A stretch of 64,000 nucleotides of DNA from Vicinamibacterales bacterium. Its GTDB lineage: Bacteria; Acidobacteriota; Vicinamibacteria; Vicinamibacterales; SCN-69-37. How positions within the stretch are numbered: position 1 is the stretch's first letter; each line of letters starts with the position of its first letter. This document shows, piece after piece, positions 35,183-47,255 of the stretch. The position numbers were made by a program, and so were the translations under genes. The stretch covers positions 133,787 to 197,786 of the forward strand of contig DATNEY010000027.1 of NCBI GenBank assembly GCA_035606665.1, read 5' to 3'. The notes under the pieces are model-generated. The model worked only from the letters and a program-made list of their open reading frames with translations. It was not told the DNA's origin and made no database searches.

Positions 35183-36009
35183 TGCAAACCACGCTTTTCA
35201 CACTCGCGGCACTTGCCTGCTTCGCCGCGAACAGTCTGCTCACCCGCGGCGCGCTCGGGCCCGGGTGGCTGGACGCGCCAGGATTCACGATCGTCAGACT
35301 CACAACCGGCGCTGCGATGCTGGCTGTCCTGTTGCGGCTTCGAGGGACTGCCGCCGGAGAACGTGGCTCCTGGCGATCGGCGTTCGCTCTCGCAGGTTAC
35401 GCCGTCGCGTTCACGATCGCGTACACGCGCATCGGCGCCGGCGTAGGGGCGTTGCTCCTCTTCGGCGCAGTTCAAGTGACGATGATCGGAACGGGACTCG
35501 TGAAGGGTGAACGCCCACTCGCTCGCGACTGGCTCGGACTGATCCTGGCCGCCGGCGGTCTCGCCTGGCTCACGTTGCCGGGGGCAAGCGCGCCGGATCT
35601 CACCGGCGCGCTGCTCATGGTGATCGCCGGCGCGGCGTGGGGCGCGTATTCCATCATCGGCCGGCGCAGCCGCGATCCGCTCGCCGCGACCGCGGGTAAT
35701 TTCTGGCGCGCGGCCATATTGGGCGCGATCGCGCTTGGCTGGTTTCACGCCCCCGGCTCGCTGACGTGGCCGGGCGTGCTCCTCGCCGCCACCTCCGGGG
35801 CCATCGCCTCCGGCGTTGGATACACCTTTTGGTACAGCGCACTCCCGCATCTCACCGCCTGGCGCGCGGCGCTGGTGCAGCTCTCAGTGCCGGTGATCAC
35901 CGCGCTCGCGGCCATCGCGCTGCTCAATGAGACCTTCTCGTCGCGCCTGGCCATCGCGACGGTGCTGGTCGCGGCGGGGGTGGGTGTCACGTTGGCCCGC
36001 CGGACGTGA
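35182..36009 (+). CDS. EamA/DMT-family transporter
   Basis: About ten hydrophobic segments and duplicated EamA-like halves. The in-frame GTG at 35182 overlaps the amidase stop by 1 nt; the track ORF starts at 35080. Confidence 0.8.
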   Translation: MQTTLFTLAALACFAANSLLTRGALGPGWLDAPGFTIVRLTTGAAMLAVLLRLRGTAAGERGSWRSAFALAGYAVAFTIAYTRIGAGVGALLLFGAVQVTMIGTGLVKGERPLARDWLGLILAAGGLAWLTLPGASAPDLTGALLMVIAGAAWGAYSIIGRRSRDPLAATAGNFWRAAILGAIALGWFHAPGSLTWPGVLLAATSGAIASGVGYTFWYSALPHLTAWRAALVQLSVPVITALAAIALLNETFSSRLAIATVLVAAGVGVTLARRT

Positions 36010-36063
36010 TTGGCCCGGCTGGGTCTTAAGACCCGGCCTCCATTTGAGCTATCTTGTTGGGCG

Positions 36064-36357
36064 ATGTCCGAACGAACGGCCCCTTCACTGGTGAAGCTCG
36101 ATGAACTCCTGGCGGCGATAAAGACGCTGCCGGCCAGCTCTGCGAAAGACGAGATCCTCGAGACCACTGAGGCGCTGAGGCGCGCCGTCGCCGCGTTTCA
36201 CATGGAGGCCATCCGCTTCCGCATGTACTCCGTAGAGCGTCAGTTGCGGAAGGACGGCAACGCGAAGTGCCAGGAAGCCTTCGAGAGCGTGCGGCACGAG
36301 CTCGAGACGGCGGGTTTCCACACGAGATCGCACGCCGCGCCGGGACAAACCACGTAG
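36064..36357 (+). CDS. Hypothetical helical protein (97 aa)
   Basis: Internal ATG MSERTAPSLVKLDELL... No recognised domain. Confidence 0.35.
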   Translation: MSERTAPSLVKLDELLAAIKTLPASSAKDEILETTEALRRAVAAFHMEAIRFRMYSVERQLRKDGNAKCQEAFESVRHELETAGFHTRSHAAPGQTT

Positions 36358-36360
36358 ATT

Positions 36361-36396
36361 GGTGATTTGGCGATCTGGCGATTTGGCGATCTGGCT
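36361..36396. repeat. Octamer tandem repeat GG(C/T)GAT(C/T)T x4.5
   Basis: GGTGATTT GGCGATCT GGCGATTT GGCGATCT GGCT. Same repeat family as the left arm of 38172-38262. Confidence 0.6.
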
Positions 36397-37112
36397 CACG
36401 CCAACAGAGCCGCCAGCGCTGAATCTACCGGAGTAAGGGAAGAGATCTCGGCGACCTTCACGTCCCGCGCGGGCAGGCGGCGCCAGTTGAACCAGATCGG
36501 TCTGATGCCCGCCGCCAGTGCGCCGGCGATGTCGGTGTCCCAGGCGTCGCCAACCATCACTGTCTCCTCAGCCTGCAGACCGAGTGCATCGAGAGCCGCC
36601 TGGTAGATCCCAGTCGCCGGCTTCGCGATGCCTACGGCTTCCGACGTGATGAGCGCATCGACATGCGCTTCGAGCGCGCAGCCTTTCATCTTCTGTTGCT
36701 GTTCAGCGGTGAGGTTGTTCGTAACGATGGCGATGGAGAGATCGCGAGCTCTGAGTACTGTGAGGAGTTCGACGGCGCCTGCGACCGCGCGCCAGTTGGA
36801 TTGATAGGCGGCGCGATACCGCATCGCCAGGTCCCATGCACGTGACTGACCTGTTTCGTCCGCACCAGCGTCCGCGAGCAGCCGCCGGAATCGCTCGCGT
36901 CGCGCGTCGTCGATCGATATGCGGCCCGCAACTACTTCACGATGAATGCTTTCCAGCACGTCGCTGTGGCGGCGCCGGAGCTCGGCGAGACTCCAGACCG
37001 AGAACGTCGCGTCCTCGCCGCGCAGCACCGCCGTGGCGCATTCGGTCGCGTGGTTGTGATCGAAAAGCGTGTCGTCCAGATCGAACAACACGCCCCGCAA
37101 GGCGTGCGTCAT
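36396..37112 (-). CDS. HAD-superfamily hydrolase
   Basis: VLFDLDDTLFD (motif I), VTNN (motif II-like), GDAWDTDI (motif IV). Confidence 0.8.
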   Translation of the reverse strand: MTHALRGVLFDLDDTLFDHNHATECATAVLRGEDATFSVWSLAELRRRHSDVLESIHREVVAGRISIDDARRERFRRLLADAGADETGQSRAWDLAMRYRAAYQSNWRAVAGAVELLTVLRARDLSIAIVTNNLTAEQQQKMKGCALEAHVDALITSEAVGIAKPATGIYQAALDALGLQAEETVMVGDAWDTDIAGALAAGIRPIWFNWRRLPARDVKVAEISSLTPVDSALAALLA

Positions 37113-37696
37113 GCGTCGAGCAGGAAATCGAAGCCGTAGGCGTTCTCTGCGCCTGCAACCTTCTTCATTACAAGCGCCGGCTTGAACTGTGAATCACGCG
37201 CCGCAACCGAGTCATCCGGAAAGAACAGCACTGTCGCGAGCGGCTTCTTCCCTGCCGGCGCGATGCGAACACCGATGCGACGAGCCCGTCCCGCGAGTGC
37301 TCCCGGCACGACCGTCGTCAGCGAATAGCGGCCCTCGGCATCCGTCAGCACGGCTCCGCGAAGCCGAAAGCCTGTAGCCTGCAACTTGCCGTCTGGGCCG
37401 GCCTGCCAAAAGTCGACCCGGGCGCCCTTGATTCGGCCGCAGGTCAGCCCGGTCACGTAACCAGCAAGGGTCATGCGCGTCCCAGTCTCACCAGGGTCGA
37501 TGAGGCTGGAACGCACCGGTGCGCCCGGACGGTAGTCGGTGCCCAGTACGGCCGGCGTCAGGTCGTCCTTGCAGGGCGGCGCCGGCAACAGAAACTTGTC
37601 GAGCCCGTTCTGGGCCGTCTCGCCCCGCGCCGTACCGGCCGCAACCGGCACCGTGGCAGCGAGTACGGCGAGGAACTCCCGGCGGGTCGGCGGCAT
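37109..37696 (-). CDS. Intradiol ring-cleavage dioxygenase-like protein with Tat-type signal
   Basis: Start placed at MPPTRREFLAVLAATVPVAAG. Core is TRMTLAGYVTGLTCGRIKGARVDFWQAGPDGK. The track ORF extends spuriously to 38173. Confidence 0.65.
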   Translation of the reverse strand: MPPTRREFLAVLAATVPVAAGTARGETAQNGLDKFLLPAPPCKDDLTPAVLGTDYRPGAPVRSSLIDPGETGTRMTLAGYVTGLTCGRIKGARVDFWQAGPDGKLQATGFRLRGAVLTDAEGRYSLTTVVPGALAGRARRIGVRIAPAGKKPLATVLFFPDDSVAARDSQFKPALVMKKVAGAENAYGFDFLLDA

Positions 37697-37750
37697 ATAT
37701 AATCTGATGTTAGTCGATCGAACGTTTTCCCAGCCTTTGAAGGAGTTCAC

Positions 37751-38167
37751 GTGCCCTACCCTGAATATCTCGTCGCACCCATGCGCCAGGAATTGGTGGC
37801 CGTCGGAGCGCGCGAGTGCCGCACGCCCGCGGATGTTGATGACGTCTTGAAGCAGCCCGGCACCACGATGATGGTGGTCAATTCCGTGTGCGGCTGCGCA
37901 GCCGGCAAGGCGCGTCCCGGCATCGCGATGGCGCTGCAGCACGAAGTGCGGCCGAAAAACATCGCCACGGTTTTTGCCGGAGCCGACATCGACGCCACCG
38001 ACCGCGCGCGTCAACTCATGACCGGCTTTGCGCCATCGTCGCCGTCGATCGCCCTCTTCCGTGACGGCAAGCTCGTGTACATGGTCGAACGGCGCGACAT
38101 CGAACAGCGCACGGCGGAAGGCATCGCGGACCTGCTGACGCTCGCCTTCGACAAGCACTGCGCTTAG
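37751..38167 (+). CDS. Bacilliredoxin BrxA/BrxB family (YphP/YqiW, DUF1094)
   Basis: VVNSVCGCAAG (CGC redox motif), FAPSSPSIAL and AFDKHC align closely with B. subtilis YphP as I recall it. Confidence 0.88.
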   Translation: MPYPEYLVAPMRQELVAVGARECRTPADVDDVLKQPGTTMMVVNSVCGCAAGKARPGIAMALQHEVRPKNIATVFAGADIDATDRARQLMTGFAPSSPSIALFRDGKLVYMVERRDIEQRTAEGIADLLTLAFDKHCA

Positions 38168-38171
38168 TCTC

Positions 38172-38260
38172 AATTTGGCGATTTGGGGATTTGGCGATCT
38201 GGCGATCTGGCGATTTCAAATCACCAGATCACCAGATCACCAAATCACAAATCACCAAAT

Positions 38261-38262
<2 letters not shown>
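38172..38262. terminator. Long (~42 bp) hairpin made of inverted octamer-repeat arrays between convergent brx-like and purA genes
   Basis: Left arm is GGCGATTT GGGGATTT GGCGATCT GGCGATCT GGCGATTT. Right arm is TCACCAGA TCACCAGA TCACCAAA TCACAAA TCACCAAA. The recurrent C/A mismatches on the plus strand become G-U pairs in the minus-strand (purA) RNA. Confidence 0.7.
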
Positions 38263-41087
<2,825 letters not shown>

Positions 41088-41167
41088 CGGAAACTGTGTT
41101 GACACTGTCGGGAGCGTTCTTTAGAGTGGCAACTTCCCTGTCTCGCATCTGAACTTGTAGTTCGTTC

Positions 41168-42928
41168 ATGTCCACCGCCGACACCCGCACCGTTCGCGCG
41201 CCACGAGGCACGTCACTCAGCTGCAAAGGCTGGCCTCAGGAAGCGGCGATGCGAATGCTCATGAACAACCTCGATCCGGACGTCGCGGAACGCCCGGACG
41301 ATCTCGTCGTCTACGGCGGCTCCGGGCGCGCCGCGCGCAGCTGGCCCGCCTTCGACGCGATCGTGCGCTCGCTGAAGTCACTCGAGCATGACGAAACGCT
41401 GCTCGTGCAGTCCGGCAAGCCGGTCGGCATCTTCCGCACCAGCCCGTGGGCGCCGCGGGTCCTCATCGCCAATTCCCTGCTGGTGCCGGCCTGGGCCAAC
41501 TGGAAGACCTTCCGCGACCTCGAGGACCGCGGCCTGACGATGTACGGGCAGATGACGGCGGGCTCGTGGATTTACATCGGCACGCAGGGAATCCTGCAGG
41601 GTACGTACGAAACGCTGGCGGCCGTGGCGCGGCGGCATTTCGCGGGCTCCTTGAAGGGCACACTCACCGTGACGGCCGGCCTCGGCGGCATGGGCGGCGC
41701 CCAGCCGCTGGCCGTGACCATGAACGAAGGCGTCGCGCTGGTGATGGAAGTAGACCCCTCGCGCATCGCCCGGCGGCTCGCGACGCGGTACCTCGACGAA
41801 TCGACAGAGTCGCTGGACGAAGCGCTGGCGCGGGCCGACGACTATCGGCGCCGGGGCGTCGCGCGCTCGATCGGCCTCGTCGGCAACGCCGCGGACGTTC
41901 TGCCGGCCATGATCGCGCGCGGGATCATCCCTGAAGTCCTGACGGACCAGACCTCGGCACACGATGCGCTGCAGGGCTACGTGCCGAACGGCATGAGCCT
42001 GGCTGATGCGGTGCGCCTGCGCGCGTCCTCGCCGGACGAGTACATCCGCCGCTCGATGCAGGCCATGGCCGTGCACGTGCAGGCGATGCTCGACATGAAG
42101 GCGCGCGGCGCCGTGACGTTCGACTACGGCAACAACATTCGCGCACAGGCACAACAGGCCGGCGTCTCGGCGGCATTCGACATTCCCGGCTTCGTGCCCG
42201 AGTACGTGCGGCCGCTCTTCTGCGAAGGCAAGGGACCGTTCCGCTGGGCGGCGCTCTCGGGCGATCCGGCGGACATCCATGCCACAGACGAGCTCGCGCT
42301 CAGGATGTTCTCCAGCAACGAACCGCTCTGCCGGTGGATACGCATGGCCCGCGAGCGGGTTGCGTTCCAGGGTTTGCCGGCACGCATCTTCTGGCTCGGC
42401 CAGGGCGAGCGCGCGGAATTCGGACGCGCGCTGAACGACCTCGTCCGCACCGGCCAAGTCAGCGCGCCGATCGTGATCGGGCGCGATCACCTCGACACAG
42501 GATCGGTCGCGTCACCCAATCGCGAGACCGAGGGCATGCGCGACGGCAGCGACGCGATTGCCGACTGGCCCGTCCTCAATGCCCTGCTCAACACGTCGTC
42601 GGGCGCGACGTGGGTGTCGGTGCACCACGGCGGCGGCGTCGGGATCGGCTATTCGCTCCACGCCGGCATGGTGATCGTCGCCGACGGCACGCACGAAGCC
42701 GACGAGAAATTGCAGCGGGTGCTCACGAACGATCCGGGTACCGGTGTGATGCGCCACGCGGACGCGGGTTATCCGGATGCCATCGCGACCGCGCACCGCC
42801 ACGGCCTGCGGCTGCCGATGATCGCAAGCGCCCGCGGCCGTCGGGAGGATAGCGAGTCCGCGAGCGCCGGAGCGACGCGAGTGGGGGTGGGGCCCCACGA
42901 GCAGCCAAAAGAGGATGGCGGGCGATGA
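41168..42928 (+). CDS. hutU: Urocanate hydratase
   Basis: Typical blocks [20 protein letters not shown] and GRDHLD. Has a short non-conserved C-terminal tail. Confidence 0.93.
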   Translation: MSTADTRTVRAPRGTSLSCKGWPQEAAMRMLMNNLDPDVAERPDDLVVYGGSGRAARSWPAFDAIVRSLKSLEHDETLLVQSGKPVGIFRTSPWAPRVLIANSLLVPAWANWKTFRDLEDRGLTMYGQMTAGSWIYIGTQGILQGTYETLAAVARRHFAGSLKGTLTVTAGLGGMGGAQPLAVTMNEGVALVMEVDPSRIARRLATRYLDESTESLDEALARADDYRRRGVARSIGLVGNAADVLPAMIARGIIPEVLTDQTSAHDALQGYVPNGMSLADAVRLRASSPDEYIRRSMQAMAVHVQAMLDMKARGAVTFDYGNNIRAQAQQAGVSAAFDIPGFVPEYVRPLFCEGKGPFRWAALSGDPADIHATDELALRMFSSNEPLCRWIRMARERVAFQGLPARIFWLGQGERAEFGRALNDLVRTGQVSAPIVIGRDHLDTGSVASPNRETEGMRDGSDAIADWPVLNALLNTSSGATWVSVHHGGGVGIGYSLHAGMVIVADGTHEADEKLQRVLTNDPGTGVMRHADAGYPDAIATAHRHGLRLPMIASARGRREDSESASAGATRVGVGPHEQPKEDGGR

Positions 42929-44073
42929 TCGTCGAGCGTCCCGGAGTCGAGCGGCGCATCCTGGAGTCACTCCAGGCCGGCCGCATCCCGGTACTGCTTG
43001 GCGGCTGCGCGATCGGACGGACCTCACTGCTGCTGCGCGTGCAGCAACAGCTCGGCGCGGATCGCGCGCAATACGTCGATTTCGGCGCAGCCGCGACGAC
43101 ACCGGAACGCTGCCTCGCGGCCGTCCTTGCCAGTACGTCGGTGCGCTCGTCTCAAGGCGCTCCGCCTTCCTCGACGACACCCAGAGCAGCGTTCGACAGC
43201 ATGCTGGCGTACTTCGATCTCGCAGCCGGGCCTGGCGGCGCGACGGCGACGTTCGTCATCGACGAATTCCTCGACGTGCGCACGTTCGAGAACTTTCCGG
43301 GACTGAGGCAGGTCGTGCGCGATCTTGTGGCGCGCCTGGCGGCCAGTCCGACCGGGTTCGTCCTCGCCTCGCGCTTCACCTTCCGAACCCACCGGTTGCT
43401 CCGGGACGCGCCCGCGCGTTTTGAAGTCGTGCACATCCCGCCGATGACAACGTCGGAAGTGCAGGCCTTCGCGCTTCGCTTCGACGGCGGTCGCGCGGAG
43501 GGTCCCGCGGCCCAGGCTCCGCTGATCGCCGCACTCACCGGCGGCCGCGCCGGGTACGCGCATCTCTTGCTCGAAGGCCTTACGGCAATGGGACCGGCGA
43601 CGGATCCCATTGCGGCGCTCGCGAGTCTCTTTGCCCCTGAAGGCCGGATGACCGCGCGCTGCCGCGAAAGCTACGAATTCCGGCTGCATCGTGCCAGGGG
43701 CTACGGCGCGCTCAAGGCCATCCTCGGCATCCTGGCCGACGACGAGCCCCAGAACCTGACCGAGATAGCGCATCACCTGCAGCGCACGCCTGGGTCGACG
43801 AAGGACTATCTCTCGTGGCTCGAGGATGTGGACGTCATTTCGATGCATGGGAAGCGCTACTCGTACGACGACCCGCTCGTGCGGCTCTACGTGCGCCTGT
43901 ACGCGAGGCCGGTCCCGCCCACCGATGCCGATATCGTGCGAGAGGTGCGCGCGTACGCGCAGGCCAGGCTTCCGCAGATGACGCCCACGCCGGTCGCCGT
44001 GACCGCCGCGTCCGCGGTTTCCGACCGGACAGCCGACGCCGAACGCGCGTCGGGGATTATCGAAATCGATTGA
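42925..44073 (+). CDS. AAA/Arch_ATPase-like protein with degenerate Walker A and C-terminal winged-helix-like region
   Basis: [15 protein letters not shown] (GxxxxGRT, Arg in place of Lys), FVIDEF (Walker B). 4-nt overlap with hutU. Confidence 0.55.
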   Translation: MIVERPGVERRILESLQAGRIPVLLGGCAIGRTSLLLRVQQQLGADRAQYVDFGAAATTPERCLAAVLASTSVRSSQGAPPSSTTPRAAFDSMLAYFDLAAGPGGATATFVIDEFLDVRTFENFPGLRQVVRDLVARLAASPTGFVLASRFTFRTHRLLRDAPARFEVVHIPPMTTSEVQAFALRFDGGRAEGPAAQAPLIAALTGGRAGYAHLLLEGLTAMGPATDPIAALASLFAPEGRMTARCRESYEFRLHRARGYGALKAILGILADDEPQNLTEIAHHLQRTPGSTKDYLSWLEDVDVISMHGKRYSYDDPLVRLYVRLYARPVPPTDADIVREVRAYAQARLPQMTPTPVAVTAASAVSDRTADAERASGIIEID

Positions 44074-44074
44074 T

Positions 44075-44136
44075 CCGGCGGGCTGAAGCCCGCCGGCTAC
44101 AGCAGTCACACGTGGTCGGCGGGCTTTAGCCCGCCG
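44075..44136. repeat. Twin GC-rich stem-loop (REP-like) element between convergent genes
   Basis: CCGGCGGGC-TGAA-GCCCGCCGG (44075-44096) and CGGCGGGC-TTTA-GCCCGCCG (44117-44136). The second loop contains the rnc stop codon. Confidence 0.55.
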
Positions 44137-45091
44137 ATTCGCCCAGCGCCGCCTTGGCCGCCTGCTGCTCGGCTTCCTTCTTCGATCGTCCGGACGCCCG
44201 CCCGATTGACTGGCCTCCGACGATGACTTCCACGTCGAAGCGCTTGCGGTGTTCGGGGCCGTCGGCGCCGACCAGACGATAGTGCGGCAGGCCACGCCCC
44301 GCCGCCTGCATCTGCTCCTGCAGCGCTGACTTCCAGTCCTCGGTGAAACTTGCTTCGGCGGCACGGTCTCCAGCCGCCTTCACCAGCGGCTCGAAACGCG
44401 AAAAGATGAACTCGCGCGCGGCGTCGATGCCGCCGTCGAGATAGATCGCCGCGATGACGGCCTCGAAGCTGTCCGCAAGGATCGCGTGCTTGTGACGGCC
44501 GCCGGTCTTCTCTTCTCCGCGCCCGAGCAGCACGAAGTGACCAAGGTCCATGGCTTCGGCGAGACGCGCGAGCGCCGCCGCCGAAACAATGCCGGCCTTG
44601 ACCTTCGATTTGTACCCTTCGCTGTGCGTCGGAAACTGGTGGAACAGCAGATCCGCGATCACGAAACCGAGGACGGCGTCACCGAGGAACTCGAGCGATT
44701 CGTTGTCGATCACGCCGCCCGACGCGTCCTCGTGCGCGCGCGATCGGTGCGTCAGCGCGTGTTCCAGCAGACCGAGATCCTCGAACTTGTGGCCGATGCG
44801 CTCCTCGAGCGGTCCAAGGTGTTCGCTGAGCCTGCGGATCTCAGTCGCCGCGGCCTCGTCGAGGTGGCCGGCGATGATCTCGCGCGCGCGACCCGAATAC
44901 TCGGCGCTGACGGCGATCGCAAACTCCGCCTGGCCGAACCTCATCGAGAAGATCGCCTGCGGCAGCGCAGACGCCACGGTCGCGTCGATGCCGTGCGCGT
45001 CGAGCAGGCCGCGCACGACTTCCGCCTCGATCGATGAATGCGTCCGGAACACCTCGACTGGAGGACGGACGTCCTGCTGCTCGGCCATCAC
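44126..45091 (-). CDS. rnc: Ribonuclease III with ~95-aa N-terminal extension (DUF2007-like)
   Basis: NESLEFLGDAVLG (RNase III signature), a C-terminal dsRBD (GPEHRKRF...GRSKKEAEQQAAKAAL), and the N-terminal VEVFRTHSSIEAEVVRGLLDAHGIDATV. Confidence 0.9.
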   Translation of the reverse strand: MMAEQQDVRPPVEVFRTHSSIEAEVVRGLLDAHGIDATVASALPQAIFSMRFGQAEFAIAVSAEYSGRAREIIAGHLDEAAATEIRRLSEHLGPLEERIGHKFEDLGLLEHALTHRSRAHEDASGGVIDNESLEFLGDAVLGFVIADLLFHQFPTHSEGYKSKVKAGIVSAAALARLAEAMDLGHFVLLGRGEEKTGGRHKHAILADSFEAVIAAIYLDGGIDAAREFIFSRFEPLVKAAGDRAAEASFTEDWKSALQEQMQAAGRGLPHYRLVGADGPEHRKRFDVEVIVGGQSIGRASGRSKKEAEQQAAKAALGESAG

Positions 45092-47199
45092 TACGCCGCC
45101 TCCGGCTCCTCGAACTTCACGACGATCATCGTCATGTCATCGTGGGGCTCGGCGTCGCCAACGAACGAGCGCACTTCGCGGACGACGCGCTCGCGGATTC
45201 CCGGCGCGTCGAGCGCGTGATGGCTCGCCACGACGCGCGCGAGAGCGGCGTCGCCGAAGAGCTCTCCGTTGATGTCCGTCGCCTCCGAGATGCCGTCCGT
45301 GTACAGAACGAACACGTCGCCAGGCCGGATCGCGCGGGTGTGCTCCTCGAGCACCTGACTGAAGCGCTCAGCCGCGCCGGGCAGGCGCAGCCCGAGCACC
45401 ATGCCGGACGGAATCACCACTTCACTCTGGCCACCGGACACGATCAGGAGCGGGGTGTGCCCTGCCCGCGCGCACGTCATCGTGCGCGCATCGAGATCGA
45501 TGACCATGTAGGTCATCGTGATGAAGCTGCGGTTGTCGAGGTGGGCCGACAGCAGCCGGTTCGCCTCGATCATCAGGTCTCTCGGCGACTGCTCGCGCGC
45601 GCTCAGGGAGAGCATCAGCCCCTTCAACTCCGCCATGTAGAGCGCGGCCGATGTGCCCTTGCCTGACACGTCCGCGATCATGACGCCGAACTGCCGGGGG
45701 CCGAGCGTGAAAAAGTCGTAATAGTCCCCGCCCACTTCACGCGCGGGCTCGCAGAGATCGGCGATGGAGACGAACGGAAACACCGGCGGACTGGCCGGCA
45801 GGAGCGACTGCTGAATCTCGCGCGCAATGCGCAGCTCGTCGTCGAGCCGCTGTTTCTCGCGCTGGACATGCAGCGCGTGCTCCATGGCCGCGCTCATGCG
45901 ATTGAACGACCGCGCGAGCTCGCCCAGTTGATCGCCGCTGTTCACCTTGATGCGATGCGCGAAGTCACCCACCTGCACGCGTTCCGTGCCCGTGAAGAGC
46001 TCGTGAATGGCAAAGGTGATCGTGCGCGCCAGCAACGCGCCGAAGAACACCGCGGCACCCTGAATCACCAGGAACAGCAAGGCCAGGGCCACGAGCAGAA
46101 TGACCAGGCGATTCGCGTCGTCTTTACCGAAGGAATTATTCGCCGCGACCTTCGACCACAAGCGACCCAGCGGCGCGTCCAGGCTGAACGCGGCCCGGCC
46201 GCTGTCACCGGTACGCCAGTCGCGGCACTCGACCATGGCCACGGTGTACTGGAAGGCGCTGAACATGCCGACCTGTGGCGACGCGCTCTGCGTATCCGAA
46301 GACCCGCCGCATTCCTTGTCGAGCGAGGCGGGGCCGATTCGTTCCTTCGTGCGCGCCTCGATGACCGCCGCTATGTCGGCATCGACCGGCAGATCGACAA
46401 CGATAAGTCTGGATTCGTCGCGGGTCTGCACTGCCGAACGAATCACGACCGTCCACTCAGTTGCCCCCGCCTGCTGGACTCCTATGACGGCGCGAAAGCC
46501 CGATGGCGCGCTCCGCAGCCAGCCAGGCACCTCTGAAGGCGCCGCCAGATGCCTCCAGGGCCCGGCTGTGACGAGCGGCACGGGTGGCGGTTTGACCTCC
46601 GGCTTCGCGGGGGCGGACGGGCGCAGTGTGACCGGAGCCGCAGGCACCGGAGAAAGTTCCGGCTTCGCGGGCGGCGGCAACGGAACCACCGCCACTGACA
46701 ACATCGGGTACCGCGTCGCGTAGGTCAGATACTTGCGGTTGATGGTTTCCAGCGCTCCCGCGGGCGTCCGCCCGATCTCAGACGCCGATGTTTCCGCGAT
46801 CTGCTGGACGTCGTCGGCAATATCCGTGAAGCCCTCATGGAACATGTAGCCGGCGACGTTCTGATACGCGACGAGCCCGCTCACGAATGTGAGCGACACG
46901 ACGAGCAGCACCGGCACGAAACCCAAAAAGACGTACGACAGGATCAGCTTCTCGCGCACTCGCCAGAGAAGGCGGCCGCTGTTCCTCGAGACGAAGATCA
47001 CGGCCAGCCAGACGGCGGACACGAACCACGCGAGGCTGACGACCTTGCGAAAGACCTCGCCGATCTCCGGGAGCTCGACGATCTGCTTGATTGCGAAGAG
47101 GGCGAGAAGGATTCCCGTCGAGAGGACGAACAACCGTCCCGGCAGCGTGCGCACGATCGAGCGTGCATCGCGAGCGAAGCTGCTGCCGGAAGTCTCCAC
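45091..47199 (-). CDS. Membrane-bound HAMP-domain PP2C/SpoIIE-family serine phosphatase
   Basis: A HAMP region (ARSFNRMSAAMEHAL) is followed by EPAREVGGDYYDFF, ADVSGKG and LYTDGISEA. The start is uncertain: GTG 47199 is proposed, and the track ORF extends to ATG 47325, overlapping the divergent neighbour. Confidence 0.8.
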   Translation of the reverse strand: METSGSSFARDARSIVRTLPGRLFVLSTGILLALFAIKQIVELPEIGEVFRKVVSLAWFVSAVWLAVIFVSRNSGRLLWRVREKLILSYVFLGFVPVLLVVSLTFVSGLVAYQNVAGYMFHEGFTDIADDVQQIAETSASEIGRTPAGALETINRKYLTYATRYPMLSVAVVPLPPPAKPELSPVPAAPVTLRPSAPAKPEVKPPPVPLVTAGPWRHLAAPSEVPGWLRSAPSGFRAVIGVQQAGATEWTVVIRSAVQTRDESRLIVVDLPVDADIAAVIEARTKERIGPASLDKECGGSSDTQSASPQVGMFSAFQYTVAMVECRDWRTGDSGRAAFSLDAPLGRLWSKVAANNSFGKDDANRLVILLVALALLFLVIQGAAVFFGALLARTITFAIHELFTGTERVQVGDFAHRIKVNSGDQLGELARSFNRMSAAMEHALHVQREKQRLDDELRIAREIQQSLLPASPPVFPFVSIADLCEPAREVGGDYYDFFTLGPRQFGVMIADVSGKGTSAALYMAELKGLMLSLSAREQSPRDLMIEANRLLSAHLDNRSFITMTYMVIDLDARTMTCARAGHTPLLIVSGGQSEVVIPSGMVLGLRLPGAAERFSQVLEEHTRAIRPGDVFVLYTDGISEATDINGELFGDAALARVVASHHALDAPGIRERVVREVRSFVGDAEPHDDMTMIVVKFEEPEAA

Positions 47200-47255
47200 T
47201 GGGCGCGTCAAATTGCAAAGCGAATCATAACAGACTAAGGTACCGCGTCGACGCC

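Noticed and set aside
34274-35850. Minus-strand ORFs 34274..35143 (289 aa) and 35032..35850 (272 aa)
   Set aside because: They are antisense to the amidase and EamA genes and have no motifs.
41378-44364. Long minus-strand ORFs 41378..42490 (370 aa) and 43024..44364 (446 aa)
   Set aside because: They are antisense to hutU and to the ATPase gene, Arg-rich, and have no motifs.
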